Origin: SAR324 cluster bacterium
Lineage (GTDB): Bacteria > SAR324 > XYD2-FULL-50-16 > JAERRU01
Reading direction: 5' to 3'
Assembly: GCA_016735295.1 (NCBI GenBank)
Contig: JAERRU010000006.1
Span: forward strand, 138,766-202,765
Length of the DNA stretch: 64,000 nucleotides
The notes under the pieces were generated by a model. It was not told where the DNA came from. It saw nothing but the letters and a program-made list of their open reading frames with translations, and ran no database searches. The position numbers and the translations under genes are program-made. Below, in pieces: positions 62,858 through 64,000 of the stretch. Position 1 is the first letter of the stretch; each line of letters starts with the position of its first letter.

Positions 62858-62964
62858 ATATCTCCTATATTGATTAACGTAATAAAAACACCTTTAACAT
62901 CAAATAATTTAGCATATCAAATAAAAAATTCAAAGTAAAAATCAACTAAAAAATCAATAAAAAA

Positions 62965-63735
62965 TTATGATTTATTCATTACATTCAAAAATTGATTCAG
63001 CTTTGCCGAATTAGGATGATTAAATAATTTTTGAGGATTGCCCTCTTCTTCAATAAGGCCATTATGCAAAAAAATTACATAATTAGAAACCTCCTTGGCA
63101 AAATTCATTTCGTGCGTGACTACCAGCATAGTGCGCCCCTCATTAGCTAATTTTCTCATTACTAACAAAACCTCATTAACTAATTCAGGATCTAAAGCAG
63201 AAGTAGGCTCATCAAATAACAAAATATCAGGCTCCATAGCCAAAGCCCGAGCAATGCCCACCCGCTGCTGCTGCCCACCAGATAATTGGGCGGGGTAAGC
63301 GTCTTTTTTTTCTAAAATACCTACCTTATCAAGATATGTATGGGCTCTTTCAAGGGCGTCTTTTTTATTAATTTTCAATACATGCACAGGGGCTTCCATC
63401 ACATTTTCTAAGATAGTCATATGAGTCCAAAGGTTGAACTGCTGAAATACCATAGATAATTTAGAGCGAATTCTCAAAACCTGCTTATTATCCACAGGAA
63501 CCATCAGCCCATTCTTTAATTTAAACTTTATTTGTTCATTATGAAAGTAAAGCTCTCCCCCATTTGGATATTGCAAAAGGTTGGTGCATTTTAGCAAAGT
63601 GCTTTTACCAGAACCACTAGCCCCTAAAATAGAAATTACATCGCCTTTTTTAGCCTTTATGGACACATCCTTTAAAACTTCATGGGAAGCAAATCTTTTT
63701 TTTAAATTTTTTGCCTGTAAGGTATATTCTGTCAT
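62965..63735 (-). CDS. Polar amino-acid ABC transporter ATP-binding protein (HisP-like)
   Basis: Walker [10 protein letters not shown], signature [15 protein letters not shown], Walker [13 protein letters not shown]. Confidence 0.92.
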   Translation of the reverse strand: MTEYTLQAKNLKKRFASHEVLKDVSIKAKKGDVISILGASGSGKSTLLKCTNLLQYPNGGELYFHNEQIKFKLKNGLMVPVDNKQVLRIRSKLSMVFQQFNLWTHMTILENVMEAPVHVLKINKKDALERAHTYLDKVGILEKKDAYPAQLSGGQQQRVGIARALAMEPDILLFDEPTSALDPELVNEVLLVMRKLANEGRTMLVVTHEMNFAKEVSNYVIFLHNGLIEEEGNPQKLFNHPNSAKLNQFLNVMNKS

Positions 63736-63784
63736 AAAGAATCATCAAAAAATATTTTAATTACCCAGATGATATTATCCCACA

Positions 63785-64000
63785 TCAACTGGCAATCCCA
63801 CCTTTAGTAAGTTTTAATGGATCTAAAAGCCTTTCTAGTTCGCTACGAGATAAATCTGTGTTTTCTAAAGCAACATCAATAATAGGGCGAGATTCTCGGT
63901 AAGCTTGTTTAGCAATAGTTGCCGCCTTTTGATAACCAATAATCGGATTTAAAGCAGTCACCAAAATAGGATTAAGACTCAACGCCTTTTCAACATTCTT
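63785..64000 (-). CDS. Class II fumarate hydratase / aspartate ammonia-lyase family protein, C-terminal fragment (N-terminus outside the window)
   Basis: The frame is open to the window edge. ...VTALNPIIGYQKAATIAKQAY...LDP..LT is the conserved C-terminal region of the FumC/AspA lyase family. Confidence 0.7.
   Translation of the reverse strand, partial: KNVEKALSLNPILVTALNPIIGYQKAATIAKQAYRESRPIIDVALENTDLSRSELERLLDPLKLTKGGIAS

Overview
This is an AT-rich window (about one-third GC by eye, not computed) of densely packed chromosomal housekeeping genes from a Gram-negative-type bacterium. LPS heptose (hldE), lgt, an O-antigen-ligase-like gene and outer-membrane beta-barrel proteins support that envelope type. 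I cannot place the lineage without a database search.

Main contents:
- One complete rRNA operon, 16S-23S-5S (about 7663-12875, + strand), with no tRNA in the spacer.
- A minus-strand block tRNA-Thr/Tyr/Thr/Trp-secE-nusG-rplKAJL (33235-36955).
- An isc operon, iscR-iscS-iscU-iscA-hscB (56754-59865), plus cyaY (frataxin) elsewhere.
- Amino-acid and organic-acid catabolism and gluconeogenesis genes: putA, a 1623-aa NAD-glutamate dehydrogenase, pckA, acs, a HisJQMP-type ABC importer and a fumarase/aspartase fragment.
- Scattered aromatic amino-acid genes (trpF, tyrA, aroC).
- uvrC, cca, rsmD, coaD, mog/moaB, ybeY, cinA, lgt, a sigma-54 enhancer-binding protein, and several secreted or membrane proteins of unknown function.

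I found no transposase, integrase, phage, CRISPR, toxin-antitoxin or recognisable defence genes. I cannot honestly point to a clear novel multi-gene system.

The most interesting observations are at the domain and architecture level:
- an HscB with a eukaryote-like N-terminal tetracysteine module, in an isc operon that lacks hscA-fdx;
- a sigma-54 activator whose receiver domain lacks the phospho-acceptor residues;
- an HldE whose adenylyltransferase signature motifs are degraded;
- a small-membrane-protein + MFS + acs module;
- broken synteny around the ribosomal-protein cluster (no tuf, no rpoBC);
- several short intergenic repeats, including a ghost copy of the putA 3' end;
- two pairs of uncharacterised envelope proteins.

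All family assignments come from motif recognition by eye and need HMM or BLAST confirmation.
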